A DNA stretch of 64,000 nucleotides. Origin: Escherichia coli (lineage in GTDB: Bacteria; Pseudomonadota; Gammaproteobacteria; Enterobacterales; Enterobacteriaceae). The stretch lies in assembly GCF_036507355.1 (NCBI RefSeq), contig NZ_AP027877.1; one strand, 5' to 3'. Numbering within the stretch: position 1 is the stretch's first letter; each line of letters opens with the position of its first letter. Both the position numbers and the translations under genes were made by a program. The notes beneath the pieces were generated by a model. The model was not told the origin of the DNA, ran no database searches, and saw nothing but the letters and a program-made list of their open reading frames with translations. Below are positions 1 through 15,079 of the stretch, piece after piece.

Positions 1-1404
1 GTGTCACTTTCGCTTTGGCAGCAGTGTCTTGCCCGATTGCAGGATGAGTTACCAGCCACAGAATTCAGTATGTGGATACGCCCATTGCAGGCGGAACTGA
101 GCGATAACACGCTGGCCCTGTACGCGCCAAACCGTTTTGTCCTCGATTGGGTACGGGACAAGTACCTTAATAATATCAATGGACTGCTAACCAGTTTCTG
201 CGGAGCGGATGCCCCACAGCTGCGTTTTGAAGTCGGCACCAAACCGGTGACGCAAACGCCACAAGCGGCAGTGACGAGCAACGTCGCGGCCCCTGCACAG
301 GTGGCGCAAACGCAGCCGCAACGTGCTGCGCCTTCTACGCGCTCAGGTTGGGATAACGTCCCGGCCCCGGCAGAACCGACCTATCGTTCTAACGTAAACG
401 TCAAACACACGTTTGATAACTTCGTTGAAGGTAAATCTAACCAACTGGCGCGCGCGGCGGCTCGCCAGGTGGCGGATAACCCTGGCGGTGCCTATAACCC
501 GTTGTTCCTTTATGGCGGCACGGGTCTGGGTAAAACTCACCTGCTGCATGCGGTGGGTAACGGCATTATGGCGCGCAAGCCGAATGCCAAAGTGGTTTAT
601 ATGCACTCCGAGCGCTTTGTTCAGGACATGGTTAAAGCCCTGCAAAACAACGCGATCGAAGAGTTTAAACGCTACTACCGTTCCGTAGATGCACTGCTGA
701 TCGACGATATTCAGTTTTTTGCTAATAAAGAACGATCTCAGGAAGAGTTTTTCCACACCTTCAACGCCCTGCTGGAAGGTAATCAACAGATCATCCTCAC
801 CTCGGATCGCTATCCGAAAGAGATCAACGGCGTTGAAGATCGTTTGAAATCCCGCTTCGGCTGGGGGCTGACTGTGGCGATCGAACCGCCAGAGTTAGAA
901 ACCCGCGTGGCGATCCTGATGAAAAAGGCCGACGAAAATGACATTCGTTTGCCGGGTGAAGTGGCGTTCTTTATCGCCAAGCGTCTACGATCTAACGTAC
1001 GTGAGCTGGAAGGCGCGCTGAACCGCGTTATTGCTAACGCCAACTTTACCGGACGGGCGATCACCATCGACTTCGTGCGTGAGGCGCTGCGCGACTTGCT
1101 GGCATTGCAGGAAAAACTGGTCACCATCGACAATATTCAGAAGACGGTGGCGGAGTACTACAAGATCAAAGTCGCGGATCTCCTTTCCAAGCGTCGATCC
1201 CGCTCGGTGGCTCGTCCGCGCCAGATGGCGATGGCGCTGGCGAAAGAGCTGACGAACCACAGTCTGCCAGAGATTGGCGATGCGTTTGGTGGTCGTGACC
1301 ACACGACGGTGCTTCATGCCTGCCGGAAGATCGAGCAGCTGCGTGAAGAGAGCCACGATATCAAAGAAGATTTTTCAAATTTAATCAGAACATTGTCATC
1401 GTAA
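1..1404 (+). CDS. dnaA: chromosomal replication initiator protein DnaA (467 aa, GTG start at base 1)
   Basis: Full ORF with the AAA+ Walker A motif [11 protein letters not shown] and a C-terminal DNA-binding region ([12 protein letters not shown]). It is followed by dnaN-recF-gyrB in the canonical order. Confidence 0.99.
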
Positions 1405-1408
1405 ACCT

Positions 1409-2508
1409 ATGAAATTTACCGTAGAACGTGAGCATTTATTAAAACCGCTACAACAGGTGAGCGGTCCGTTAGGTGGTCGTCCTACGCTACCGATTCTCGG
1501 TAATCTGCTGTTACAGGTTGCTGACGGTACGTTGTCGCTGACCGGTACTGATCTCGAGATGGAAATGGTGGCACGCGTTGCGCTGGTACAGCCACACGAG
1601 CCAGGAGCGACGACCGTTCCGGCGCGCAAATTCTTTGATATCTGCCGTGGTCTGCCTGAAGGCGCGGAAATTGCCGTGCAGCTGGAAGGTGAGCGGATGC
1701 TGGTGCGCTCCGGGCGTAGCCGTTTTTCGCTGTCTACCCTGCCAGCGGCGGATTTCCCAAACCTCGATGACTGGCAGAGTGAAGTCGAATTTACCCTGCC
1801 GCAGGCGACGATGAAGCGTCTGATTGAAGCGACCCAGTTTTCTATGGCGCATCAGGACGTTCGCTATTACTTAAACGGTATGCTGTTTGAAACCGAAGGT
1901 GAAGAACTGCGCACCGTAGCGACCGACGGCCACCGTCTGGCGGTCTGTTCAATGCCAATTGGTCAATCTTTGCCAAGCCATTCGGTGATCGTGCCGCGTA
2001 AAGGCGTGATTGAACTGATGCGTATGCTCGACGGCGGCGATAATCCGCTGCGCGTGCAGATTGGCAGCAACAACATTCGCGCCCACGTTGGCGACTTTAT
2101 CTTCACCTCTAAACTGGTGGATGGTCGCTTCCCGGATTACCGCCGCGTTCTGCCGAAGAATCCGGACAAGCATCTGGAAGCAGGCTGCGATCTCCTCAAG
2201 CAGGCGTTTGCTCGCGCGGCAATTCTCTCTAACGAGAAATTCCGCGGTGTGCGCCTTTATGTCAGCGAAAACCAGCTGAAAATCACCGCCAACAACCCGG
2301 AACAGGAAGAAGCGGAAGAGATCCTCGACGTTACCTATAGCGGTGCGGAGATGGAAATCGGCTTCAACGTCAGCTATGTGCTGGATGTTCTGAACGCGCT
2401 GAAATGTGAAAACGTCCGCATGATGCTGACCGATTCGGTTTCCAGCGTGCAGATTGAAGATGCAGCCAGCCAGAGCGCGGCTTATGTTGTCATGCCAATG
2501 AGACTGTA

Positions 2509-2509
<1 letters not shown>
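1409..2509 (+). CDS. dnaN: DNA polymerase III beta sliding clamp (366 aa)
   Basis: Full ORF starting [21 protein letters not shown] and ending MPMRL. It starts 5 nt after the dnaA stop. Confidence 0.99.
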
Positions 2510-6025
<3,516 letters not shown>

Positions 6026-6046
6026 TGGCGTTAACCATGCGAGCGT

Positions 6047-6145
6047 GCCTGATGCGCTACGCTTATCAGGCCTACGAGACTCCTGCAATATATTGAATTT
6101 GCATGTTTTTGTAGGCCGGGTAAGACGTTAACGTCGCATCCGGCA
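6047..6145. repeat. BIME: two inverted REP (palindromic unit) elements
   Basis: gcctgatgcgctacgcttatcaggcctac (6047-6075) and gtaggccgggtaagacgttaacgtcgcatccggca (6111-6145) are typical E. coli REP sequences in opposite orientation. Confidence 0.85.
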
Positions 6146-6158
6146 AGAAGCTATAAGA

Positions 6159-6190
6159 AAAGGGCGGAGATCATCTCCGCCCTTTTTATT
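6159..6190 (+). terminator. rho-independent terminator downstream of gyrB
   Basis: Perfect stem GGGCGGAGA / TCTCCGCCC with a 3-nt loop, followed by TTTTTATTT. Confidence 0.85.
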
Positions 6191-6264
6191 TCTGCAATCC
6201 GCAATTATCATCCCGCAGTTCTATACTTTTTGGGTCAACACGTAACGCTTTACAGGTGATTATC

Positions 6265-6663
6265 ATGGGGCTTTTTGATGAAGTTGTCGGCGCCTTTCTG
6301 AAAGGCGATGCGGGGAAATATCAGGCGATTTTAAGTTGGGTTGAGGAGCAGGGCGGCATTCAGGTGCTGCTGGAAAAACTGCAAAGTGGCGGCTTAGGGG
6401 CCATTCTCTCAACCTGGCTGAGTAATCAACAGGGCAATCAACCAGTTAGCGGCGAGCAACTGGAATCAGCACTCGGCACAAACGCGGTATCCGATCTTGG
6501 ACAAAAACTTGGCGTGGATACCAGTACGGCTTCCAGTTTACTGGCAGAACAATTGCCGAAGATTATTGATGCGCTCTCACCGCAAGGTGAAGTGTCACCA
6601 CAAGCCAATAACGATCTGCTTTCCGCAGGCATGGAACTGCTGAAAGGGAAACTCTTCCGCTAA
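6265..6663 (+). CDS. yidB: DUF937 family protein YidB (132 aa)
   Basis: MGLFDEVVGAFLKGDAGKYQAILSWVEEQGG matches my memory of K-12 YidB. The ORF track starts 3 codons upstream at a GTG. Confidence 0.9.
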   Translation: MGLFDEVVGAFLKGDAGKYQAILSWVEEQGGIQVLLEKLQSGGLGAILSTWLSNQQGNQPVSGEQLESALGTNAVSDLGQKLGVDTSTASSLLAEQLPKIIDALSPQGEVSPQANNDLLSAGMELLKGKLFR

Positions 6664-6777
6664 GCAAATGGGGAGCATGCAACCCGCGTTGCATCCCCCT
6701 TTTCCCTCGGGTGTTGTACTGATTTTTGAGCGGAATCGCGTTAGCATGGGTCAGGAACCAATCTACCTGGGGAACTC

Positions 6778-7590
6778 ATGGCTATCAAACTCATTGCTAT
6801 CGATATGGATGGCACCCTTCTGCTGCCCGATCACACCATTTCACCTGCCGTTAAAAATGCGATTGCTGCAGCTCGCGCCCGTGGCGTGAATGTCGTGCTA
6901 ACGACGGGTCGCCCTTATGCAGGTGTTCACAATTACCTGAAAGAGCTGCATATGGAACAGCCGGGCGACTACTGCATTACTTATAACGGCGCGCTGGTAC
7001 AGAAGGCCGCTGATGGTAGCACTGTGGCGCAAACCGCTCTCAGCTATGACGACTACCGTTTCCTGGAAAAACTCTCTCGCGAAGTCGGTTCTCATTTCCA
7101 CGCACTGGACCGCACCACGCTGTACACCGCCAACCGTGATATCAGCTACTACACGGTGCATGAATCCTTCGTTGCCACTATTCCGCTGGTGTTCTGCGAA
7201 GCGGAGAAAATGGACCCCAATACCCAGTTCCTGAAAGTGATGATGATTGATGAACCCGCCATCCTCGACCAGGCTATCGCGCGTATTCCGCAGGAAGTGA
7301 AAGAGAAATATACCGTGCTGAAAAGTGCGCCGTACTTCCTCGAAATCCTCGATAAACGCGTTAACAAAGGTACGGGTGTGAAATCACTGGCCGACGTGTT
7401 AGGTATTAAATCGGAAGAAATCATGGCGATTGGCGATCAGGAAAACGACATCGCAATGATTGAATATGCAGGCGTCGGTGTGGCAATGGATAATGCTATT
7501 CCTTCGGTGAAAGAAGTGGCGAACTTTGTCACCAAATCCAACCTTGAAGATGGCGTGGCGTTTGCTATTGAGAAGTATGTGCTGAATTAA
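6778..7590 (+). CDS. yidA: HAD-superfamily (Cof-type) sugar phosphatase YidA (270 aa)
   Basis: HAD motif I IAIDMDGTLL and motif IV GDQENDIAM. Size and position match yidA. Confidence 0.95.
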   Translation: MAIKLIAIDMDGTLLLPDHTISPAVKNAIAAARARGVNVVLTTGRPYAGVHNYLKELHMEQPGDYCITYNGALVQKAADGSTVAQTALSYDDYRFLEKLSREVGSHFHALDRTTLYTANRDISYYTVHESFVATIPLVFCEAEKMDPNTQFLKVMMIDEPAILDQAIARIPQEVKEKYTVLKSAPYFLEILDKRVNKGTGVKSLADVLGIKSEEIMAIGDQENDIAMIEYAGVGVAMDNAIPSVKEVANFVTKSNLEDGVAFAIEKYVLN

Positions 7591-7597
7591 TCTGTGG

Positions 7598-7628
7598 GCG
7601 GGCAAACGGCATAAACGCGTTTGCCCGC
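7598..7628. terminator. bidirectional hairpin between convergent yidA and yidX
   Basis: Stem GCGGGCAAACG / CGTTTGCCCGC with a 9-nt loop, lying between two convergent stop codons. Confidence 0.7.
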
Positions 7629-7635
7629 TTACTGA

Positions 7636-8292
7636 TTATTGGTTTACTGCATATACAACCAGAAATTGCAGCGGTGCAGTAATGATGTCCAGCGTAACAG
7701 TCACTGGCAGTAATGCTGCGGAAACACCATCCGGAATGCCTCTGGGTGAATAGTATTCATAAAATCGCACTTTAAATGGATGGTAGAACGCCATCACCTT
7801 TGAGTAATCCATGTTTTTATTTTTCTCATGGATTGTGCCTTTTAGGTTTTCCAGTGACCTGGTACAGTGTTGAACACCACAGGCAAAACCATAATGCGTT
7901 GCCAGTGCCTTTTCTTCTTCGTTATTCCAGTAGTAGTAAAGCGATATTGTGCCGGTAAATTTCTTTTTCCCCGCATTTAAAACAAATCTTGCGTCATCGG
8001 CAACCTGAATATTGTGCCGGTTAAGTGCTGGATCATTGAGCATCTTAACGATGTCATCGGCACCATCAGTGATAAGGTAATCCAGTGATTCCCCTACAAA
8101 AACATAGCCTTTTGTTCCATTACTATCTTTTGCCTGCGATAGCCCAGTGATGGTGTCTGACTGCGATTGATACTTTCCTGAACTACCCTTTGCGGTATGG
8201 GAAACCAGAGCATACGAGATACAGCCTGAAAGCATCAGCGCCAGTGGGAATAAACTGGCAGCCTTAAAAAATCCCTTAAAATTCAACTTCAT
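7636..8292 (-). CDS. yidX: lipoprotein YidX (218 aa)
   Basis: [24 protein letters not shown] carries a lipobox (LSGC). The longer 274-aa ORF is an upstream extension with no support. Confidence 0.9.
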   Translation of the reverse strand: MKLNFKGFFKAASLFPLALMLSGCISYALVSHTAKGSSGKYQSQSDTITGLSQAKDSNGTKGYVFVGESLDYLITDGADDIVKMLNDPALNRHNIQVADDARFVLNAGKKKFTGTISLYYYWNNEEEKALATHYGFACGVQHCTRSLENLKGTIHEKNKNMDYSKVMAFYHPFKVRFYEYYSPRGIPDGVSAALLPVTVTLDIITAPLQFLVVYAVNQ

Positions 8293-8426
8293 GATTAATC
8301 CTTTAAACGAGTAGCTAAGCCGTTGAAAGCATACTCTTCTTTCCCTCCTGTTTAGCGCCTGTTCTCCCTTTTCAGATTTCTGCCCGATATAAGACCTTTT
8401 CTTATGAGGTGTTTTTTGTGGACTAA

Positions 8427-8540
8427 TATCTGTTGCAAGGCTATGGGTTCGCACCTGCACTGGTTTATATCTCCGCCGTCGCGTTGATTGGCGCGCTCTC
8501 TTACATTCTGCTGGTGGGTGATGTGAAGCGCGTTGGCTAA
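8427..8540 (+). pseudogene. dgoT: 3' remnant of D-galactonate transporter gene dgoT (about 37 codons); the rest of the dgo operon is absent
   Basis: The in-frame stub [37 protein letters not shown] is preceded by a TAA and has no start codon. It looks like the last TM helix of an MFS transporter. In K-12, as I recall the map, dgoR-K-A-D-T lies between yidX and cbrA. Confidence 0.6.
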
Positions 8541-9601
8541 TCTTTCAACTGTGGAATATGCGCCACACCACTGCGCATAATCCACTTTCTTAAAGCCGGT
8601 GCGGTCAGGCATCGGCTTTTTACTATCTTGCCGAAGAGTTTTAAACGCAGTTTGCGGGTGGCGCGCCAGTAAGCGGTATTGAGCTTCTCTGGCTGCTTCA
8701 GTAACACCGAACGCAGAATGTCTGCGCTATCCAGCGCATAGCTAATCCCCTCCAGCGAGCTGGCGCTGATAAATCCCGCCGCTTCACCAATCAGAAAGGC
8801 GTTGTCCTTACCGCAGATAAAATCCTGCCAGCGTGAGGGAAACAGCACTGTGCATTTTTCGCTTTTCACCGCTTTGCCAAACTGGAACTGAAAGGCGCTC
8901 ATTTTCTCTTTCAGCGTCGCGAAACGCGTCTGACCGTCTTTCATTGGATAGGCACCGCCAAAGATAAAATAACCGTCTTTGCTGATACTCCATGAGTAAC
9001 AGTCAGTTATCGCATTATCAAAGATGCAGGAGTAGAACGGCACCGGATGTTTCTCTGCGAACCACTGCTGGATTGCGACATATTTACGGATTTGATGATC
9101 CGGGTAGAGATGTCGCCGCACCATCGAGTTGGCACCATCGGCACCGACCAGATAGCGGGCGGTAATATGCTGCTCCCAGCCGTCTGCACGAAAAATGACA
9201 TGCCATTTATTATCCTCACGCCAGATTTTCCGGCACAGGCTATCGTGGTAAACCTCAACGCTGGCGGGGATCAGCGATTTCATCCACAAGTCGAAAGCAT
9301 GGCGATTAATATTGATATAGCTTCGCTGGTAGTTACGCGTGAGCGATGCGGCGACGTCGACGGTTTTGACGCTGAAAATCTGCGGATTAGCGATCACATC
9401 GACAGGAAGCGTCAGTCCATCGCGAATAAAAGATCGCTGCGCGTCCGGTGCCAGCAGACCGCCGCAGGGTTTGCTGAAACCTTCAGTACCATGCTGGTGC
9501 TTTTTATCCAGCGCGATCACCTGCATTTTGCCTGCTAACTTTCGCGCCAACGCCGACCCTGCCGGGCCGAGGCCAATAATCGCCACGTCGAAATGTTCCA
9601 T
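8537..9601 (-). CDS. cbrA: FAD-dependent oxidoreductase CbrA/YidS (354 aa)
   Basis: [24 protein letters not shown] contains a GxGxxG FAD-binding fold. The start at 9601 is chosen to match the known N-terminus. Confidence 0.9.
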   Translation of the reverse strand: MEHFDVAIIGLGPAGSALARKLAGKMQVIALDKKHQHGTEGFSKPCGGLLAPDAQRSFIRDGLTLPVDVIANPQIFSVKTVDVAASLTRNYQRSYININRHAFDLWMKSLIPASVEVYHDSLCRKIWREDNKWHVIFRADGWEQHITARYLVGADGANSMVRRHLYPDHQIRKYVAIQQWFAEKHPVPFYSCIFDNAITDCYSWSISKDGYFIFGGAYPMKDGQTRFATLKEKMSAFQFQFGKAVKSEKCTVLFPSRWQDFICGKDNAFLIGEAAGFISASSLEGISYALDSADILRSVLLKQPEKLNTAYWRATRKLRLKLFGKIVKSRCLTAPALRKWIMRSGVAHIPQLKD

Positions 9602-9668
9602 CTTTTCACTCACATTCATCACGATGGCAAAAGACTATTGTCTGAAAGTGAAGTCCTTGTGAAGTATG

Positions 9669-10916
9669 ATGGCGGGAACCGTTTTGTATCAGGACCGCGC
9701 CATGAAACAGATAACCTTTGCTCCCCGTAATCACCTGCTCACCAATACCAATACCTGGACGCCCGACAGCCAGTGGCTGGTATTTGATGTGCGTCCTTCT
9801 GGGGCGTCGTTTACCGGCGAGACCATTGAGCGTGTGAATATCCATACCGGCGAGGTCGAGGTTATCTATCGCGCGTCACAGGGCGCGTACGTCGGCGTGG
9901 TGACCGTTCATCCGAAGTCAGAGAAATATGTCTTTATTCACGGCCCTGAAAATCCTGATGAAACATGGCATTACGATTTCCATCATCGACGCGGAGTCAT
10001 TGCTGAAGGCGGCAAGGTGAGCAATCTCGATGCAATGGATATTACTGCACCGTACACCCCAGGAGCGCTGCGCGGCGGCAGCCATGTGCATGTCTTTAGC
10101 CCGAACGGTGAAAGGGTGAGCTTTACCTATAACGACCATGTAATGCATGAACGCAGCCCGGCGCTGGATTTGCGAAACGTCGGGGTTGCTGCACCGTTTG
10201 GCCCGGTCAACGTACAAAAGCAGCATCCGCGTGAATACAGCGGTAGCCACTGGTGCGCACTGGTGAGTAAAACCACGCCCACGCCGCAGCCTGGCAGCGA
10301 TGAAATCAATCGTGCTTATGAAGAAGGATGGGTAGGAAATCACGCGCTGGCGTTTATTGGCGACACACTTTCGCCAAAGGGCGAGAAAGTGCCGGAGCTG
10401 TTTATCGTTGAGTTACCGCAAGATGAAGCTGGCTGGAAAGCAGCAGGTGATGCGCCGTTAAGTGGAACGGAAACAACCCTGCCCGCGCCACCGCGTGGCG
10501 TCGTGCAGCGACGTTTAACCTTTACCCACCATCGGGCTTATCCGGGGTTAGTCAACATCCCGCGCCACTGGGTGCGCTGTAATCCGCAGGCTACGCAAAT
10601 CGCGTTTTTAATGCGAGATGATAACGGCATTGTGCAACTGTGGCTTATCTCGCCACAGGGCGGCGAGCCGCGCCAGTTAACCCATAACAAAACGGATATT
10701 CAGTCTGCATTTAACTGGCATCCGTCAGGAGAATGGTTGGGCTTTGTGCTGGGTAATCGAATTGCTTGTGCCCATGCGCAAAGCGGCGAGGTTGAGTATT
10801 TAACCGAAAACCACGCCAATCCACCTTCTGCGGACGCCGTGGTCTTCTCGCCGGATGGTCAATGGCTGGCGTGGATGGAAGGCGGCCAACTGTGGATCAC
10901 CGAAACTGATCGCTAA
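9669..10916 (+). CDS. yidR: DUF3748 beta-propeller protein YidR (415 aa; start uncertain: 9666, 9669 or 9702)
   Basis: Long ORF containing MKQITFAPRNHLLTNTNTWTPDSQWLVFDVRP. Its position between cbrA and yidQ matches K-12. Confidence 0.85.
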   Translation: MAGTVLYQDRAMKQITFAPRNHLLTNTNTWTPDSQWLVFDVRPSGASFTGETIERVNIHTGEVEVIYRASQGAYVGVVTVHPKSEKYVFIHGPENPDETWHYDFHHRRGVIAEGGKVSNLDAMDITAPYTPGALRGGSHVHVFSPNGERVSFTYNDHVMHERSPALDLRNVGVAAPFGPVNVQKQHPREYSGSHWCALVSKTTPTPQPGSDEINRAYEEGWVGNHALAFIGDTLSPKGEKVPELFIVELPQDEAGWKAAGDAPLSGTETTLPAPPRGVVQRRLTFTHHRAYPGLVNIPRHWVRCNPQATQIAFLMRDDNGIVQLWLISPQGGEPRQLTHNKTDIQSAFNWHPSGEWLGFVLGNRIACAHAQSGEVEYLTENHANPPSADAVVFSPDGQWLAWMEGGQLWITETDR

Positions 10917-10917
10917 A

Positions 10918-11250
10918 TCAGTTATCAGGCATTCTGGCCGGTGGAATAACCGCATTGGTGGCTTGCGCGTTGGCTTCGCTTTTTTCAACGCGTGAGCGCA
11001 CCGAGCTGTCTTTGCGGAACACATCCCACGGCAGTAAAAGCGTGTCCATCACAGCGGTAAACGGCATATCGAGAATCGCCAGCGACTTAGTGCCCCAGTT
11101 GGTTTCATCATCGCCAATCATGGTGGCGCTGGCGCGGGTGCCGGGATACGTTCCTTCTTTCCCTCCGGTATGGGACATCACGCTGGAGCATCCTCCGAGT
11201 AATGCCATTCCGCTGCATATCATGAACGCTAACAACACATTTCTTATCAT
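10918..11250 (-). CDS. yidQ: lipoprotein YidQ (110 aa)
   Basis: MIRNVLLAFMICSGMALLGGCSS carries a lipobox (LGGC). The ORF track extension upstream is unsupported. Confidence 0.88.
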   Translation of the reverse strand: MIRNVLLAFMICSGMALLGGCSSVMSHTGGKEGTYPGTRASATMIGDDETNWGTKSLAILDMPFTAVMDTLLLPWDVFRKDSSVRSRVEKSEANAQATNAVIPPARMPDN

Positions 11251-11424
11251 AATAAATTCATCTGTTGATCGTGGGTGTTGGCCTGATGAGTTATAGCGAT
11301 CCCTTGCTGAAAATAACATCATCATTACGTCGCTCTGTGGCGGCAATCGCACTTTAACGTTTCGTGCTGCCCCCTCAGTCTATGCAATAGACCATAAACT
11401 GCAAAAAAAAGTCCGCTGATAAGG

Positions 11425-11454
11425 CTTGAAAAGTTCATTTCCAGACCCATTTTT
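11425..11454 (+). promoter_or_regulatory. sigma32 heat-shock promoter of ibpAB
   Basis: CTTGAAA (11425-11431), then 14 nt, then CCCATTTTT (11446-11454). This fits the sigma32 consensus CTTGAAA-N13/14-CCCCATNT. The roughly 100-nt leader that follows is where a ROSE-like RNA thermometer has been reported for ibpA. Confidence 0.8.
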
Positions 11455-11555
11455 ACATCGTAGCCGATGAGGACGCGCCTGATGGGTGTTCTGGCTACCT
11501 GACCTGTCCATTGTGGAAGGTCTTACATTCTCGCTGATTTCAGGAGCTATTGATT

Positions 11556-11969
11556 ATGCGTAACTTTGATTTATCCCCGCTTTACCGTTCTGCTATTGGA
11601 TTTGACCGTTTGTTTAACCACTTAGAAAACAACCAGAGCCAGAGTAATGGCGGCTACCCTCCGTATAACGTTGAACTGGTAGACGAAAACCATTACCGCA
11701 TTGCTATCGCTGTGGCTGGTTTTGCTGAGAGCGAACTGGAAATTACCGCCCAGGATAATCTGCTGGTGGTGAAAGGTGCTCACGCCGACGAACAAAAAGA
11801 GCGCACCTATCTGTACCAGGGCATCGCTGAACGCAACTTTGAACGCAAATTCCAGTTAGCTGAGAACATTCATGTTCGTGGGGCTAACCTGGTAAATGGT
11901 TTGCTGTATATCGATCTCGAACGCGTGATTCCGGAAGCGAAAAAACCGCGCCGTATCGAAATCAACTAA
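11556..11969 (+). CDS. ibpA: small heat shock protein IbpA (137 aa)
   Basis: [24 protein letters not shown], with an alpha-crystallin domain. Confidence 0.98.
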
Positions 11970-12080
11970 TTCCCTAAGGCCGCCTGGCGCGGCCTGACAT
12001 CTCCATGCTCGCCGTCAGGGAGCATATGCGAATCTTCGGATTTGCAGGTACTTACTCGCTTCTTAGAAGGAGAAATGACT

Positions 12081-12509
12081 ATGCCTAACTTCGATTTATC
12101 CCCACTGATGCGTCAATGGATCGGTTTTGACAAACTGGCCAACGCACTGCAAAACGCCGGTGAAAGTCAGAGCTTCCCGCCGTACAACATTGAGAAAAGC
12201 GACGATAACCACTACCGCATTACCCTTGCGCTGGCAGGTTTCCGTCAGGAAGATTTAGAGATTCAACTGGAAGGTACGCGCCTGAGCGTAAAAGGCACGC
12301 CGGAGCAGCCAAAAGAAGAGAAAAAATGGCTGCATCAAGGGCTTATGAATCAGCCATTTAGCCTGAGCTTTACGCTGGCTGAAAATATGGAAGTCTCTGG
12401 CGCAACCTTCGTAAACGGTTTACTGCATATTGATTTAATTCGTAATGAGCCTGAACCCATCGCAGCGCAGCGTATCGCTATCAGCGAACGTTCCGCGTTA
12501 AATAGCTAA
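12081..12509 (+). CDS. ibpB: small heat shock protein IbpB (142 aa)
   Basis: [24 protein letters not shown], a paralog of IbpA. An AAGGAGA Shine-Dalgarno lies upstream. Confidence 0.97.
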   Translation: MPNFDLSPLMRQWIGFDKLANALQNAGESQSFPPYNIEKSDDNHYRITLALAGFRQEDLEIQLEGTRLSVKGTPEQPKEEKKWLHQGLMNQPFSLSFTLAENMEVSGATFVNGLLHIDLIRNEPEPIAAQRIAISERSALNS

Positions 12510-12524
12510 CTAGCTATTCTCTTT

Positions 12525-12552
12525 GCCCCGCCATTCTGGTGGGGCTTTTTTT
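12525..12552 (+). terminator. rho-independent terminator of ibpAB
   Basis: Stem CCCCGCCA / TGGTGGGG followed by CTTTTTTT. Confidence 0.85.
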
Positions 12553-12704
12553 GTCTTTCTTCTTCAACAATGCGTTAAATTTCGACTGTTTAAGATATTT
12601 CGGCACGTTCTTTCCCGTGATAATGTGCGCTATAAGGCAAATCTGCTTCACCGATTCAGCCATAATCCGTAGCAATTAAAATGTTATCTCAAGAGAAATG
12701 GACG

Positions 12705-14366
12705 ATGAGTGATATAGCATTAACGGTCAGTATTTTGGCTTTGGTGGCAGTCGTCGGTTTGTTTATCGGCAACGTCAAATTTCGCGGCATAGGATTAGGT
12801 ATTGGCGGCGTGCTGTTTGGTGGGATCATCGTCGGCCATTTTGTTTCTCAGGCGGGGATGACATTAAGTAGCGATATGCTGCATGTTATTCAGGAATTTG
12901 GCCTGATCCTGTTCGTTTATACTATCGGGATTCAGGTAGGGCCGGGCTTCTTTGCCTCATTGCGCGTCTCCGGATTACGCCTCAACCTGTTTGCTGTTCT
13001 GATCGTCATCATCGGTGGTCTGGTTACCGCCATCCTGCATAAACTGTTTGATATTCCACTGCCGGTAGTGCTGGGGATTTTCTCCGGTGCGGTAACCAAT
13101 ACGCCAGCGCTGGGGGCAGGGCAGCAGATCTTGCGCGACCTGGGTACACCAATGGAAATGGTCGATCAGATGGGGATGAGTTACGCGATGGCGTATCCAT
13201 TCGGCATTTGCGGGATTTTGTTCACCATGTGGATGTTGCGGGTTATTTTCCGCGTCAATGTCGAGACAGAAGCTCAGCAGCACGAGTCTTCACGCACCAA
13301 TGGCGGCGCGCTGATCAAGACTATCAATATTCGCGTTGAGAACCCTAACCTGCATGATTTAGCCATTAAAGATGTACCGATTCTCAACGGCGACAAAATT
13401 ATCTGCTCGCGTCTGAAACGCGAAGAAACCCTAAAAGTTCCTTCGCCAGATACCATTATCCAACTGGGCGATTTGCTGCATCTGGTGGGGCAGCCAGCGG
13501 ATTTACATAATGCGCAACTGGTGATTGGTCAGGAGGTTGATACCTCGCTGTCTACGAAAGGCACTGATTTGCGCGTCGAGCGTGTGGTGGTCACCAATGA
13601 AAACGTGCTCGGAAAACGTATTCGCGACCTGCACTTTAAAGAACGCTATGACGTTGTTATCTCGCGCCTGAACCGTGCCGGGGTCGAACTGGTCGCCAGT
13701 GGCGATATCAGCCTGCAGTTCGGCGATATCCTCAACCTGGTGGGGCGTCCGTCCGCAATTGATGCCGTTGCCAATGTGCTGGGGAATGCGCAGCAAAAAC
13801 TGCAACAGGTTCAGATGCTGCCAGTGTTTATTGGCATCGGGCTTGGCGTATTGTTAGGTTCTATTCCCGTCTTTGTGCCGGGATTCCCGGCCGCGTTGAA
13901 ACTGGGGCTGGCGGGCGGTCCGCTGATTATGGCGTTGATCCTCGGGCGTATCGGCAGTATCGGCAAGCTGTACTGGTTTATGCCGCCAAGTGCCAACCTC
14001 GCGCTGCGGGAGCTGGGGATCGTGCTGTTCCTCTCGGTCGTTGGTCTGAAATCTGGTGGAGATTTTGTGAATACCCTGGTCAATGGCGAAGGGCTAAGCT
14101 GGATTGGTTATGGTGCCCTGATCACCGCCGTTCCGCTGATTACTGTTGGCATTCTGGCGCGGATGTTAGCCAAAATGAATTACCTGACCATGTGCGGGAT
14201 GCTGGCAGGTTCCATGACCGATCCTCCGGCGCTGGCGTTTGCTAATAATCTTCATCCAACCAGCGGTGCGGCGGCGCTCTCTTACGCCACTGTCTATCCG
14301 TTAGTGATGTTCCTGCGCATTATCACCCCCCAATTACTGGCGGTGCTCTTCTGGAGTATCGGTTAA
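12705..14366 (+). CDS. yidE: AAE-family putative transporter YidE (553 aa)
   Basis: [28 protein letters not shown]. Two membrane halves flank central TrkA-C-like domains. Confidence 0.93.
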
Positions 14367-15079
14367 CTCTTTTCCGGGTGGAGTCGCCGTAAATGGTACT
14401 CCACCTGGTATTCGCTGGCATTTCTGAACATCACTGAATAATTCAAAAACTCCCCGCTCTCGCTATATGACAACGAGGTGATCCGCAGCAGTGGCGTGTG
14501 TTCCGCTACCTTCATTTGCCGCGCCAGCAGTCTATCGGCGAGCACCGGCGTCAGGCTTTCATAATTACCGCCAATCAAAATCCCGCACTCTTGTTCAATA
14601 TATTCAAACTTCGACCCTTCCAGATGTTGCAGCGAAAGGTTACGGAACAGTTTTACCGGCATATAGCTGTCTTCCAGCATCAGCGGTTTCCCTTCCACAA
14701 AACGAACGCGACGGGAGAAGTAGATCTGCTCGTTGATTTGAATCCGTAACTGGCTGGCAATGGCCGGAGGCGCAGGCATGATTTCAAAAATCAGCACCTG
14801 GCTGGTGACCGTTTTTCCCTGACGTTTTAACACCTCCACCAGCCCGGTCAGGCTGGCGGTTTGATGCAGTACATCTTTGCGCACCAGGTAAGTGCCGCTG
14901 CCGTGGCGGCGGACCACCAACCCCCACGCTACCAGCAGGTCAATGGCTTTACGGATGGTCATCCGCGATACCGCAAATTCTTCCGCCAGCTTTTTTTCAC
15001 CGGGAAGAACGCTGTTTAGCGTGAAATCTGCGGAATTAAGTCGAATTCTTAACCGCTCCGCAATGCTTTTGTAGATCAT
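14363..15079 (-). CDS. yidP: GntR/HutC-family transcriptional regulator YidP (238 aa)
   Basis: [16 protein letters not shown]...[25 protein letters not shown] is a GntR winged HTH, and the C-terminus is a UTRA-like domain. The 4-nt convergent overlap with yidE matches K-12. Confidence 0.92.

Noticed and set aside
8510-8517. A Chi site (GCTGGTGG) inside the dgoT stub, considered as a possible driver of the deletion.
   Set aside because: Chi sites are very frequent in E. coli, and others are visible in this window (for example near 19413). There is no evidence linking this one to the junction.
12081-12089. IbpB begins MPNFDL, whereas I remember MRNFDL in K-12.
   Set aside because: This is a single-codon difference that depends on memory. 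It is most likely ordinary strain polymorphism with no structural consequence that can be inferred here.
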